Assembly (NCBI GenBank): GCA_038087875.1
Contig: CM075997.1
Coordinates: forward strand, 3,288,001 to 3,352,000
Direction: 5' to 3'
DNA length: 64,000 nt
Source of the DNA: Malacoraja senta
Lineage: Eukaryota
The first letter of the stretch is position 1, and each line of letters opens with the position of its first letter. Of the stretch, positions 22,574-42,093 are shown one piece after another. The translations under genes and the position numbers were made by a program. The notes beneath the pieces were generated by a model that did no database searches, had not been told where the DNA came from, and saw only the letters and a program-made list of their open reading frames with translations.

Positions 22574-25500
22574 CTTCAGAGAATCTTCTCTTTCAGAGTG
22601 TGAGACTTTGCATGGCACGGTGGCGCAGCGGTAGAGCTACGGCCCCACGGCGCCAGAGACCCGGGTTCGATCCTGACCACGGGGGCTGGAGTTTGTACGG
22701 AGTTTGCACATTCTCCCTTGGACCTACGTGGGTTTTCTCCGGGTGCTCCGGTTTCCTTCCACACTCCAAAGACGTACAGATTTGTAGGTTAATTGGCTTT
22801 GGTAATATGGTGTATCGCCCCATGTGTGTAGGATAGAGTGCAGGGAGAACTGGTCAGTGTATCTCTAAAATCTAAAGACTGATTTATAGTAGTCAGTTGT
22901 GATTAGCGTTGTTAACCAAAGAGCAGAAATCTGACAAAAGTTCTCTTGAGAGTCACAATGTACAAAGCTCACATTATTTAAAAAAATTAATTACATTTTC
23001 GGAGATAACGTGACTTCCTTTATCTATGAGGCACATCATCCCGTGTCGAGGCCCTTCAGCTGAGGAAGTCATCGAGTCACGCAACAAACAGGCCCTTCGG
23101 CCCATCATGCCCATGTTGACCATTAAGTAACCATCTATACGAGCCAATATGGGCATCATGCACTTTCAGTTTAGAGATGCAGCACGGAGTGGACGTGGAT
23201 AAGCTTTTTCCATTTCCCATTGAGAGTAGGGAAGATTCAAACAAGGGGACATGACTTGAGAATTAAGGGACAGAAGTTTAGGGGGAACATTAGGGGGAAC
23301 TTCTTTACTCAGAGAGTGGTAGCTGTGTGGAATGAGCTTCCAGTGGAAGTGATGGAGGCAGGTTCGATGTTATCCTTTAAAAATAGATTGGATGGGTATA
23401 TGGACGGGAAAGGAATGGAGGGTTATGGTCAGAGTGCAGGTAGATGGGACTAGGGGGAAGTATTTTATTTTTAATTAAAAAAAAAAAAAAAAAAAAAAAT
23501 AAAAGATTTAAATGTTCGGCACGGACTTGAAGGGCCGAGATGGCCTGTTTCCGTGCTGTTATGTTATGGTTATGGTTATGGAAACAGGCCCTTCAGCCCA
23601 CCGAGTCCATGCTGACCATCGATCGCCCGTTCACACTAGTTCCATGTTGTCCCACTTTTTCATCCACTCCCTGCACACTGGGGGCAATTTACAGAGGGCC
23701 AATTAACCTACAGAACTGCACGTCTTTGGGATGTGGGACATAACAGATAAGGAAGAGTAAGGTGTGAAAAGGAGAGATAATCACACAGAGGGGGAGCAGG
23801 GAGAGAGGGAGAGAGGAGGAGAACTTCTACAAAGCAGACAAACCTTGAGGAGATTTCGCAGTGGAGCAGATGAAATGTGTAGGGAGGAACTGTTGAAATA
23901 TATTGCTGTGCAGATATTACTCAGCACTTAGATAGCAACAATAACGAGCATTTATGCAGCATCGTTTACGGTTTAAACTGGGGATCTTCCAAACAAACGT
24001 CAGGTAGAGGTTAAGGAAAGTAAATCCTGCAGCTTAGGGTCTGTTAAAAGTTTACTTATCAATAGTGCAGCAACTAGGCTCGGGCAAGATCAAAGAGGAA
24101 CATTGCAGGTTTTTTTTACGAGCAGAGATGGGCGGAAGCTATAAATACACGATGATTCATAAACCGACTGGAGTTCTTGTTGGGACCAGGCCAATACTCC
24201 ACCCAAATACATGGGGACTAATCGAAAGTCAAAAAACTGCAGATGCTGTCATATAGAAACTGCAGACACTGGTTCATATACAAAAGGACACAAAGTGCTG
24301 GAGTAACTCAGCAGGACAGGCAGCATCTATGGAGAGCGTGGATAGGTGACATTTCGGGTCAAGACCCCACTTCTTCAACATGGATAGTCAACACACATCC
24401 TGAGTGGGAAATTTCTTGCGGAGGAAGGAACTGCAGATGCTGGTTTATACCGAAGATAGACACAAAGTGTAGGTATGTTACAAAACTTACCTTCAGTCAC
24501 GCTGTAATTCTGCCACTGGCCGTGTGCGCGATTTTGGCGCCTTTAAGGGGGGGCGGGGTTAAAACGCGGGTTTCTCCTCCCTTGTCCTGGTTAATATTTC
24601 GTTGGAGTACAAGCGTTGGCTGAGGAATCGTTCCTAGTGGCGATTTGTGTGTTTTTTATTTTTATTAAATCGTCAATGTCAGCGCCAGAGTAATTTTAAA
24701 AGCAGCTCCTGAAGCGTCAACGCCGATAACGGGGACGGATTTCACACACGGGACAGGTAAACGAAAGTGGTTTCTTTAAATGTATAAAAGTGCTTCTTAA
24801 GAAGCCTTTAATTCACATTTTTTCATGCTTTTTATTCCCCGAATTAACGGCAATATTTTTCATGCCAATACGGGGTTAAATTCACCGCAAATGAACGTTC
24901 CAAAAGATCGCGTTCCAGAAATCCTCACTCACAAGATGAATTAAATGCCCATTAATTTACAGGTATTAAACATTCAATTCCTTCCATTTGGCCTGTAAAT
25001 TCATGAAAATGAGATTTAAAAATTATGTTATATTGTGAATTATTGTGTGAATGTTATTTGGACACTTAGGCTATTTAAAAATGTTAATCTATTCTTAAGA
25101 AATTGATAGATGTTTAGATCTAGTAATTGAATTTTGTAATTAGCTACAATTAGGTAACTAACTAATTATATGCTTTATTTTCATGTCTTCTAAGTAAGAT
25201 TGTTTCATATTTGTTTCAGAATGCTTCAATCTATAATAACTGAAAATTTCTTTTTCCCGGGTACGATCCCGTCTACGGGTGCTGTCTGTACAGAGTTTGT
25301 ACGCTCTCCCCGTGACCTGCGTGGCTTTTCTCCGAGATCTTCGGTTTCCTCCCACACCCCAAAGTCGTACAGGTTTGTAGGTTAATTGGCTTGGTGTAAA
25401 TGTAAAATCGTCCCTAGTTTGTGTGGGATAGTGTTCATGTGCGGGGATTGCTGGTCGGCGTGGACTCGGTGGGCTGATGGGCCTGTTTCCGTGTTGCATC

Positions 25501-25920
25501 TCTGAGCTAAATACTCTGGACCGCCTCTTGCACGATAATGGACTTGTTTTCTCCTTGCGTTTTATGCCAAGAAAAACAAGACTTATTCTTGTGGGGTCTT
25601 ATTCTCTTCACTGTCTCGAGGAATTCATGTACAAATCTATTCTGTCTGTGATGCTGCTTGTAAACTCAACGTGACTTGACATTTAGAGTCGGAGTCACAC
25701 AGCATCCAAACAGACCTTTCAGCCCATCATGTCCATTTCTACCCCCAATCGCAGTAACAAGGTCATGTGACAAGAGCAGAATTAGGCCATTCAGCCCATC
25801 AAACCTACTCCGCCATTCAATCATGGCTGATCTATCTCTCCCTCCTAACCCCATTTTCCTGCCTTCTCCCCATAACCCCGGACACCTGCACTAATCAAGA
25901 ATCTATCTATCTCGGCCTTA

Positions 25921-26148
25921 CGGACCTGTCCCACTTTCACGACCTAATTCACGACCTTTTTTACTCGTGGACATTTTTCATCAGGCTAGAAAAAACGCCC
26001 CGACCTACTTGATGCCACGAGTACCTACGACTAGCATCACGACCTTCTACGACCTACCTACGACCTCGTGACGACCATGCTGCGAGTATGAGTCAAGGGC
26101 AAATTCGGCAGAGGTCGTGAATTAGGTCGTGAAAGTGGGACAGGCCCT
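25921..26148. mobile_element. PIF/Harbinger-like MITE
   Basis: TIRs CGGACCTGTCCCACTTTCACGACCTAATTCACGACC / GGTCGTGAATTAGGTCGTGAAAGTGGGACAGGCCCT, TTA on both sides, inserted in a CR1 fragment. Confidence 0.75.
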
Positions 26149-28129
26149 TTAAAAATATCCACTGACTTGGCCTCCACAGCCTTCTGCGGCAATGAATTCC
26201 ACAGATTCACCACCCTCTGACTAAAGAAATTCCTCCTCATCTCCTTCCAAAAGGAACATCCTTTAATTCTGAGGCTGTGCCCTCTAGTCCTAGACCCTCC
26301 CAGCAGTTGAATCCTCCTCTCCACATCCACCCTATCCAAGCCTTTCACTATTTGACTATTTCCACTATTAGTCTACCTTACAAGTGTCCCTCTCTGGTTG
26401 ACAGCAATGCTTGTGTGGGATCAGCCTATGCCAACCGTGGCTACTGTAGTCAGTAAGTGGGCTTCAGGTTGGGGTATTATAGAGCCTCGGCAATACATCC
26501 AGAGGTGAGTTTCAGAGGGGAGTGGGTTCACAATGAGCAGGTGATTTAGGCGGCTGGGAAGACCCAAAGGTTCATAGTCTCTGTTAATCTAAAACCACGG
26601 TGTATTAAAATGATAGGGAGGAAGTTCGAGTATGTACTGCCTGCACGTTGCAGGAACCTCTCCCCATCTCCTCCAAAACCACCAAGTGATTTGGGCTTCC
26701 GTCACACATCAGTCCAAACCGCTGAATTATCCGAGCATGGAAAACATTGCTTCCCCACCCACCACGGCAAGCTCAGTAAAGTGTCGCTCCGTACACAGGC
26801 TCACTGCTGGCGTAGAGGGGACGTTAGTCCATGGCAGGCAGTTTCAGTTTAGTTTATTGTCACCTGTACCGAGGTACAGTGAAAAACTTTCGTTGCGTGC
26901 TAACCAGTCAGCAGAAAGACAACACATGATTACAATCGATCCATTTACAGTGTATGGCTACATAAGGGAATATCGTTTAGTGCAAGGTAAAGCCAGCAAA
27001 GTCTGATCAAGGATAGTCCGAGGGTCACCAAAGAGGTAGATAGTAGTTCAGCACTAAGGATGGTTCAGTTGCCTGGGATGAAACTGTCCCTGAATCTGGA
27101 GTGTGTGTTTTCACACTTCTATACCTTTTGCCTGATAATAAACAATAGACAATAGACAATAGGTGCAGGAGTAGGCCATTCAGCCCTTCGAGCCAGCACC
27201 GCCATTCAATGTGATCATGGCTGATCATCCCCAATCAGTACCCCGTTCCTGCCTTCTCCCCATATCCCCTGACTCTGCTACTTTTAAGAGCCCTATCTAG
27301 CTCTCTCTTGAAAGCATCCAGAGAACCTGCCTCCTTCCCTGAGGTAGGGAATTCCACAGACTCACCACTCTCTGTGAGAAAAAGTGTTTCCTCTTTTCCG
27401 TTCTAAATGGCTTACTCCTTATTCTTAAACTGTGGCCCCTGGTTCTGGACTCCCCCAACATCGGGCACATGTTTCCTGCCTCCAGCGTGTCCAAACCCTT
27501 AACAATGGGAGAGGGGAGAAGAGGGAGTGGCCGGGGTGCGACTCGTCCTTGATGATGCTGCTGGCCTTGCCGAGGCAGCGTGAGGTGTAGATGGAGTCAA
27601 TAGGAGGGAGGTTGGGTTGTGTGATGGTAACCGTGTCACTCCAGACTGCAGGAGTACGTGCTGAGGGACGCACCGGAGCTCGGTACAGCCAACGCCAAGG
27701 CTCTGTGGGGGAGGACCAGTCTTGGGTCCTTCCCCTGCTGGACTTTGGGGGACACCCCTCACAGGCCCACAAGGGTGCTTTATTTATAGATATGTTGAGG
27801 TCGGCACGGTGGCACAGTGGTAGAGTTGCTGCCTCACAGCACCAGAGACCCACGTTCGATCCTGACCACGAATGCTGTCTGTACGGAGTTTGTAACTTCT
27901 CCCCGTGACCCGCGTGGGTTTTCCCCGGGCACTCCGGTTTCCTCCCACACTCCAAAGGTTTGTATGTTAATTGGCTTCGGTAAAATTGTAAATTGGCCCA
28001 AGTGCGTGTAGGATAGTTTTAATGTTCAGGGATCACTTGTTGGCATGGACACGGTGGGCTGAAGGGCCAGTTTGCACACTGTATCTTTCAAATCAGTAAA
28101 CCTCCCGACTGTTGGAGTCTTTCTGTTGT

Positions 28130-28947
<818 letters not shown>

Positions 28948-28979
28948 TGTAGAAGCAAAGACGACCTTGACTACACAAC

Positions 28980-29300
28980 AACAGCGGCGAGTCGGGAGCG
29001 GGGCCGGGGATCAGTCCCCGGTTGTTCTGTAAACAGCTCAGAGCTCGTTGTAACCGAGCGAGCAGCGCAGGGACTCACCTGCTCCTGCCGGGCCGGGTTG
29101 GGGTCGGGTCGGGTCGGGTCGGGGCGGCTGCCCTGCGCTGTGCTGCCGGCCACAGGCGATCGCTGCGAGTCCCCGGACCGTGTATGATGGGAGCGGCGTG
29201 GACTATGATCATGTGTGGCCGGGCAAAACTCTCCCAACAAAGGCTGACATCAGCAGGCACATGATCCCAGACCATCGACAGCTCCTCCCACAGCCTTGTC
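28980..29300 (-). promoter_or_regulatory. Probable CpG-rich promoter and non-coding first exon of the PLD3-like gene (donor at 29079/29078)
   Basis: CpG-dense unique island with a perfect minus-strand donor CAG|GTGAGT, a GC-box-like GGGGCGG near 29121, and two inverted GATCATGTG E/M-boxes (29207-29215, 29258-29266). It lies 7.5 kb upstream of the first coding exon, in the correct orientation. Confidence 0.6.
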
Positions 29301-29320
29301 GATGTAAAAGCAGAAACTCA

Positions 29321-34119
<4,799 letters not shown>

Positions 34120-35460
34120 TCTCGCCTATTCAGCTTGTGTGGCAAAGAACTGCAGAGGCTGGTTTAAATCAAAGGTAGACACAAAATGCTGGAGTAACTC
34201 AGCGGGACAGGCAGCATCTCTGGAGAGAAGGAATGGGTGATGTTTCGGGTCGAGACCCTTCTTCAGACTGATGTCAGGGGTGTGGGTCCATTCAGATTTC
34301 CACATTGACACTTTGGGCCTTTTGGGAAGATTTTTTTTTTTTACTTCCCCATTTTTACTGTTGCATTTTTCTTGATGAATCAACGTTTTAAAAAAAAAAA
34401 TGAATATAGTTTATTACGATTAGATTGGTTTCAGGGGTTATGGGGAGAAGGCAGGAGAATGGGGTCAGGAGGGAGAGATAGATCAGCCATGATTCAATGG
34501 CGGAGTAGACTTGATGGGCCGAATGGCCTAATTCAGCTCCTATCACTTGTGACATAGATACAGGGCGGAAACAGGCCCCTCGACCCACCGAGTGCACGCT
34601 GACCAGCGATCCCAGAACACGAGCACTATCCTAAACACTAGGAACAATTTACAATAAATTAATTACTGTTGTGTTCCACTTTCTCTAGTAACTCGTTATC
34701 ACCTATCCCACAGCCAACAATTGACCATTGTGGGCTCCACGTTTCCTTAATTATCGTTGCCCTCTGCATATCTTCCTTTCATTTGTCCTAAATACCATCC
34801 CTAATCCCCCTTTCCCCTGACTCTCAGTCTGAAGAAGGGTCTCGACCCGAAACCCGAGATGCTGCCTGACCCGCTGAGTTACTCCAGCCTTTTGGTCAAT
34901 AAACCGTGACGATAGAAACATAGAAAGTAGGTGCAGGAGGAGGCCATTCGGCCCTTCGATCCAGCACCGCCATTCAATATGATCATGGCTGATCATCCAG
35001 AATCAGTACCCCGTTCCTGCTTTTTCCCCCATATCCCTTGATTCCCTTAGCCCCAAGAGCTGAATCCAACTCTCTCTTGAAAACATAATATTAAGATAAC
35101 AATAAACTATTAAAATACGCTAAAAGTGGGATGACATAGAACTGGTGTGAACGGATGATCAATGGTCATTTGTGGGCTCGGTGGGCCGAAAGGCTTGTTT
35201 CCATGCTGCATCTCTAAACGCAACTGAAGGGTAAACATAAGGACTTCGGGGATCAATAGACCAGGAGGTGAGGAATTGGTAGTTGGGGTTTGGGGTACAC
35301 TTTTCTTTGGGGGGGGTATCGGAGGTAGGGGTGGTGGGTGTCGGGTCTGTGGATATAGGAGGTCAAGGATTAGTATACAGGATTTGTTGGCGGTTTGTAA
35401 TTTAGTATAGTCTAGTTTATTGTCACCGAGGCACAGTGGAAAGCTTTTGTCATGTGCTAA

Positions 35461-35949
35461 AGGGCCTGTTCCACTTACGCGACCTTTACAGGGACTGCCG
35501 GCACCCATGTTAGGTAGCCAAAATTTTCAAGATGTTGAAAATTCAGCGGTGACCAGAAAGACGCTACTACTCTTTGGAGACCTCTCACCACCATAGAAGA
35601 CCTCTCACGACCATACAGGCTGTATGGTCGTGAGAGGTCTCCTATGGTCGTGAGAGGACACCCGCGACATGTCGCCAGGGGTCGCCTGTATGGTCGTGAA
35701 AGGTCTCCAAAGAGTCGTAGCGTCTTGTTAAAGAAGGAACTGCAGATGCTGGAAAATCGAAGGTACACAAAAATGCTGGAGAAACTCAGCGGGTGCAGCA
35801 GCATCTATGGAGCGAAGGAAATAGGCAATGTTTCGGGCCGAAACCCTTCTTTCTGGTTGCCGCTGAATTTTCAACATGTTGACAATTTCGGCGACCTATC
35901 ACAGGTGCTGGCAGTTGCCTGTAAAGGTTGCGTAAGTGGGACAGGCCCT
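35461..35949. mobile_element. PIF/Harbinger-like MITE with a nested Penelope pLTR fragment (about 35727-35850)
   Basis: TIRs AGGGCCTGTTCCACTTACGC / GCGTAAGTGGGACAGGCCCT with a TAA TSD. Confidence 0.75.
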
Positions 35950-37265
35950 TAACCGGTCATCTCAGTCTGAAAAAGGGTCTCGAACCGAAATGTCACCCGT
36001 GCCGTCTCTCCAGAGATGCTGCCTGAGTTACTCCAGCATTTTGTGTCAATCTTAAAAGTGGAAAGACAATACGTGATTACATTCGAGGCATTTACAGTGT
36101 GTAGCTACATGTCAAGGGAATAACGTTTAGTGCAAGGCAAAGTCCGATCAAAGATAGTCCGAGGGTCTCCAATGAGGTTAATGGAGGAGTGAGATGGGGG
36201 GAACAGGGTTAGAGGTCAGATGCACCAACAGGTCCAGCAGTAACGGGCCCAACACTAGGTAGACCAGGACAGCAGCCGGAGGAAGCAGGTAACTACAGCT
36301 GACTGTGTCAACCCAGCCACTCCCAAGACAACTGAGATATTCATCAGTGGATGAATAAACTGAACTGAACGATCAATCGTTTATTGTTAAATATCCCAAA
36401 ATGGAACAATGACATTCTTACTAACAGCAGCAAACTATATGCAGTACATAGCAATCAGTAGACATCATGGTGATGCAGCAGTAGAGTTGCTGCCTCACAG
36501 TGCCAGAGACATGGGTTCGATCCTGACTTTGGCTGCTGTCTGTACGGAGTTTCCACGTTCTCCCTGTGACTGCGTGGGTTTTCTCCGGGTGCTCCGGTTT
36601 CCTCGCACTTTCCAAGCACGTGCAGATTTGTACGTTAACGGGCTTCTGTAAATTGTCCCTAGTGTGGAGGACAGAACTAGTGTACGGGTGATCACTTCTC
36701 AATGTGGACTTGATGGGCCGAAGGGCCTGTTTCCATGCTGGTCTCTAAACTAAACTAAACTAAACTAAACTGAACTAAACTGAACACAAAATGTTGGACA
36801 AAATGCTGGAGAAACTCAGCGGGTGCGGCAGCATCTATGGAGCGAAGGAAATAGGCAACGTTTTGGGACGAGCCCCTTCTTCTTCAGACTGATCATCTAT
36901 GACCACAAATGCTAGAGTTAGTCTGAAGAAGGGTCTCAACCAGAAACGTCACCCATTCCTTCTCTCCAGGGATGCTGCCCGTTCCGCTGAGTTACTCCAG
37001 CGTTGTGTGCCTACCAGCGGGCAGAAGAAGCGGATTCTGCTGAAGGTATCAAGTGAAACCAATGTGGGTCAAATTGTGAAGTGAAAGTCCAGCTCTCGCT
37101 GACTGTGCTACCGCAGCCACAGTTTCTCCCGTGCCACCTCACACTTCCCCTTTGCGTGGCCTTCCAGCGCCACAGCTCCTGCTTCAGCAAGATCAGAGTC
37201 TCGTTTTGATGATGTTTGGGTTCTGGAAATCAATGGTCAAAGTCCCTTCATTTTTACATTGGTGA

Positions 37266-37570
37266 TTTAGTTTAGAGATACAACGTGGAAACAGGCCCTT
37301 CGGCCCACCGGGTCCGCGCCGACCAGCGATCCCTGCACATTAACACTATCCTACACCCACTAGGGACAATTTTTACATTTACACCAAGCCAATTAACCTG
37401 CAAACCTGCACGTCTTTGGAATGTGGGAGGAAACCGAAGATCTCGGAGAAAACCCACGCAGGTCACGGGGAGAACGTGCAAACTCCGTACAGACAGTGCC
37501 CGTAGTCGGGATCGAACCCGGGTCTCCGGCGCTGTAAGGCAGCAACTCTACCGCTGCGCCACCGTGACCA
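37266..37570 (-). mobile_element. Near-complete tRNA-derived V-SINE (HE1-like)
   Basis: On the minus strand: tRNA-like head with A box (GGTGGCGCAGCGGTAGAG) and B box (GGTTCGATCCC), a central V-like domain, and a CR1-like tail GGGCCGAAGGGCCTGTTTCC...TCTCTAAACTAAA. Confidence 0.8.
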
Positions 37571-39928
37571 CCCGTGATGGGTTGAGGGGGAAGGGTGCTC
37601 TCCCAGCGTCGCCATTGTGCCACCCTTGTAAAGTTAACCTAGTGCACCCCTGACCACTCTCTGAAGCATGAGACCTCAACACCAGATAAGCCCTCACTGT
37701 GACCACTTACACATACACCAGGTCCAAGCCTGTGCATTACCAGCCAAGAACCTGTGATGGCACACGTTGGCACGGCCAGCAGAACTGGAGCGACAGACCC
37801 GGGTTATAAGTAATAGGAGCAGAATTAGGCCATTCTGCCATCAAATCCACTCCGCATTCAATCATGGCTGATCTATCTCTCCCTCCTAACCCCATTCTCC
37901 TGCCTTCTCCCTATAACCCCTGACACCAGTACCAATCAAGAATCTATCAATCTCTGCCTTACAAATATCCACTGACTTGGCCTCCACAGCCATCTGTGGC
38001 AAATAATTCCACAGATTCACCACCCTCTGACTAAAGAAATTCCTCCTCATCTCCTTCAATCCTGATCTCTGGTGCTGTCTGTGTGGAGCATGTGCACCTT
38101 CTCCTTGTGATCTCCTCCGGGTGCTCCGGTTTCCCCCCACGCATGCCAAAGACAGGGTACTAGGGGTGGCACAGTGGTGCAGCGGCAGAGCTGATGCCTC
38201 ACAGCGCCAGAGACCCAGGTTCGATCCTGACGAAGGGTGCTGTCTGTGTGGAGTTCGCACGTTCTCCCTGTGACCACATGGAGTTTCTCCGGGTTCACCG
38301 GTTTCTCCCACACTCCAAAGACGTGCAGGTTTGTAGGTTAATTGTCTCCTGCAAGTTGTCCCCAGTGTGGTAGGACAGAACGAATGTGTGGGTGTGTAGG
38401 AAGGAACTGCAGATGCTGGTTTAAACCGAAGATAGACACAAAAAGCTGGAGTAACTCAGTGGGACAGGCAGGCAGCATCTCTGGAGAGAAGGAATGGGTG
38501 ACGTTTCAGGTCGAGACCCTTCTTCAGACTGATTGATTGTTGGTCAGCATGGAGTCGGTGGGCAGAAGGGCCTGTTAATACGCTGTATCTCTTAAACTAT
38601 AAAACTAAAAACTACCAGAACAAAAATGCTGGAGAAACTCAGCGGGGTGAGGCAGCATCTATGGAGCGAAGGAATAGGTGACGTTTTGGGTCAAGACCCT
38701 TCTTCCGAAACGACCCGAAACGTCACCTATTCCTTCGCTCCAAAGTTGCTGCCTCACCCGCTGAGTTTCTCCAGCATTTTTATTTACCTTCGATTTTTCC
38801 AGCATCTGCAGTTCCTTCTTAAACAAAAACTAAAAACTACTGGTCTTTTCAGAAGTGTTCTGTTTTTTATCTACACTCACGGCTAAATTTTTGACCAGCT
38901 GACGTTTCCCAACATTGTCCCCCTGACCAGCGCCCTCTTACCCAATTCCTGAACCGTTGATGATCACCCTGGACTTCCCCCTCATTGCCACTTCCCCACC
39001 AGAGTTGGGTCATGAGTGAACCTGTATGTCATAATTAACGATCAACATTTCTCCACCACTGCGACTCTCGCGAACAACAGACCACAATAGCGTGTTGCAA
39101 AACACAACAGTTCATCGTTACAGAGCGAGGCCCCACCAAGATTCAAGATTCAAGAGAGTTTATTGTCATGTGTCCCAGATAGGACAATGACATTCTTGCT
39201 TAGCTTCAGCACAACAGAATATAGTAGACATGAATACAGAACAGATCAGTGTGTCCATATACCATTATATAAATATATACACACATGAATAAATAAACAG
39301 ATAAAGTGCAAATCAACAGATAATGGGCTATTAATGTTCAGAGTTTTGTTTGAGTTGAGTTTAATAGTCTGATGGCTGTGGGGAAGTAGCTATTCCTGAA
39401 CCTGGATGTTGCAGATTTCAGGCTCCTGTACCTTCTACCTGAAGGTAGTGGGGAGATGCGTGTGTGGCCAGGGTGGTGTGGGTCCTTGATGATGCTGCCA
39501 GCCTTTTTGAGGCAGCGACTGCGATAGATCCCCTCGATGGTGGGGAGGTCAGAGCCGATGATGGACTGGGCAGTGTTTACCTACTTTTTGTAGTCTTTTC
39601 CGCTCCTGGGCGCTCAAGTTGCCGAACCAAGCCACGATGCAACCGGTCAGCATGCTATCTACTGTGCACCTGTAGAAGCTAGAGAGAGTCCTCCTTGACA
39701 ACCAACACCAGCAATCCCCATTGCCATCCATTTTGTTTTTTGTCGCGGCAGCTGATATCTTTCAGAGAGTTCACAGAAACAGACAAACGCCCGACTGGTC
39801 TTTGGCAATGTCCAAGTTCTATCCAAACTTGCTCCCATCCCCTCCCCCATCTCACCTCCCACCTCCCCTCTCTTCTCCTCTCCAGCAATGTCCTCTTCAT
39901 CCCCCTGTTCGGGAAAGGAACACAGGGT

Positions 39929-40242
39929 GGGCACGGTGGCGCAGAGGTACAGTTGCTGCCTCACAGCGCCAGAGACCCCGGTTCGATCCCGACTACGGGT
40001 GCTGTCTGTACGGAGTTTGCACGTTCTTCCCGTGATCGCGTGGGTTTTCTCTGAGATCTTCGGTTTCCTCCCACCCTCCAAAGACATACAGGTTTGTAGG
40101 TTAAATGGGCTTGGTGTAAATGTAAAATTGTCCCGAGTGTTCGTAGGATAGTGTTAGTGTGAGGGGGTCGCTGGTCGATGCGGACTTGGTGGGCCAAAAG
40201 GCCTGTTTACGCGCTGTGTCTCAAAACCAAACCAAACTAAAC
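39929..40242 (+). mobile_element. HE1-like V-SINE
   Basis: Same head, body and tail as 37266-37570. Further copies or fragments at about 2030-2250(-), 7211-7475, 8163-8425(-), 10540-11290 (split), 14360-14642(-), 22614-22878, 25257-25512, 27803-28092, 36465-36785, 38163-38610 and 48997-49656 (split). Confidence 0.8.
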
Positions 40243-40679
40243 ACAGAAAGAGACTGGTCTTTGCCAATGTCCAGGTTCTGTGCAAACTTGCTACCACCCC
40301 TCCCTCATCTCATTTCCCTCATCTCACCTGCCACCTCTCCTCTCCAGCAATGAGCTCTTCATCCCCTTGTTACGAGACTGAACACAGGGGTGGCACAGTG
40401 GCACTAGTAGAGCTACTGCCTCACAGCGCCAGACACTCCGGTTCGATCCTGACCTCGGGTGCTGTCTGTGTGGAGTTTGCACCTTCTCCCCGTGATGGCA
40501 TGGGTTTCCTCCGGGTGCTCTGGTTTCCTCCAACGTCACAAAAGATGTGTGGGTTTTCAGGTAGATGTACAGAGTCTTTTACCCAGAGGAGGGAAATCAA
40601 GAACCAGAGGACATAGGTTTAAGATGAGATGGGGTGAGATGAGTTTTAATCGGAGCCTAAGGGGCAAAGTTTTCACACA

Positions 40680-41045
40680 TAGTGTTAAGGGTTTGGACAC
40701 GCTAGAGGCAGGAAACATGTTCCCGATGTTGGGGGAGTCCAGAACCAGGGGCCACACAGTTTAAGAATAAGGAGTAAGCCATTTAGAACAGAGACGAGGA
40801 AACACTTTTTCTCACAGAGAGTGGTGAGTCTGTGGAATTCTCTGCCTCAGAGGGCGGTGGAGGCAGGTTCTCTGGATGCTTTCAAGGGAGAGCTAGATAG
40901 GGCTCTTAAAAATAGGGGATATGGGGAGAAGGCAGGAACGGGGTACTGATTGGGGATGATCAGCCATGATCACATTGAATGGCGGTGCTGGCTCGAAGGG
41001 CCAAATGGCCTACTCCTGCACCTATTGTCTATTGTCTATTGTCTA
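40680..41045 (+). mobile_element. CR1 second-subfamily 3' fragment with (ATTGTCT)n tail
   Basis: GLDTLEAGNMFPMLGESRTRGH...FFSQRVVSLWNSLPQ. Related copies at about 27150-27505(-), 49145-49480(-), 57825-58083, 2735-2983 and 6685-6975(-). Confidence 0.8.
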
Positions 41046-42093
41046 TAGGGCGGTGGGTATATGGAATGAGCTGCCAGAGGTGGTAGTTGAGGCAGGGGCT
41101 ATAGCATAATTTAAAATAATTTAGATAGATATATGGATAGGAAAGGTTTAGAGGGAAATGGGCCAAACGCGGGCAGGTGGGACTAGTGTAAATGTGCATC
41201 ATGGTCAGCACGGGCAAGATGGGCCGAGTGGCCTGTTTCCGTGCTGTGGCTCTATGATGTTGGTAGCCTAATTATTATTGTCACATGTACCGAGGTACAG
41301 TGAAAGGCTTTTGTTGCGTGCTAACCAGTCATGGAAAGACAATACATGATTACAATCGAGCCACCCACAGTGTACAGACACATGATAAAGGGAATAATGT
41401 TTAGCGCAAGATAAAGTCCAGTAAAGTCTGATGAAGAATAGTTCCAGGGGTGTCCAATGAGGTAGATAGTAGCTCAGCACTGCTCTCTGGTTGTTGGTAG
41501 GATTGTTCAGGTGCCTGATAACAGTTGGGAAGAAACTGTCCCTGAATCTGGAGGTGTGCGTTTTCACACTTCTGACCCTCTTGCCTGATGGGAGATGGGA
41601 GAGGAGGGAGGGACTGGGATGTGAGTGTCCCACCAATGGTCATAGAGTGATACAGCGTGGAAACAGGCCCTTCGGCCCAACTTGCCCACACCAGCCAACA
41701 TGCCCCATCCACACTAGTCCCACCTGCCTGTGTTTGGCCCAGATCCCTCCAAACCCGTCCGTCCTATCCATGTACCTGTCTAACTGTTTCTTAAACGTTG
41801 GGGTAGTCCCAGGCTCAACTACCTTACCATTGTGCGTGGGTGAGTGATAGAATCTGGAGGGAGTTGCTGGGAAGGTGGGGAGAATAAAATGGGAGAAGTG
41901 CAGGATTGGTGTAAGTGGGTGCTGGATGGTCGGCCTGGACTCTTGTGGGCAAGTTTCTGTGCTGTACATAATTCCAACAATGTGCAGGTCACACTTGCAG
42001 ATGCGGACTGCTGCCACCAGGTGGGGCATTGGCCACAGATCTTCTCTCCTAGACTCTGGTGTGTGGCTGGAGTGGAGATTGAAATAGACCAGA

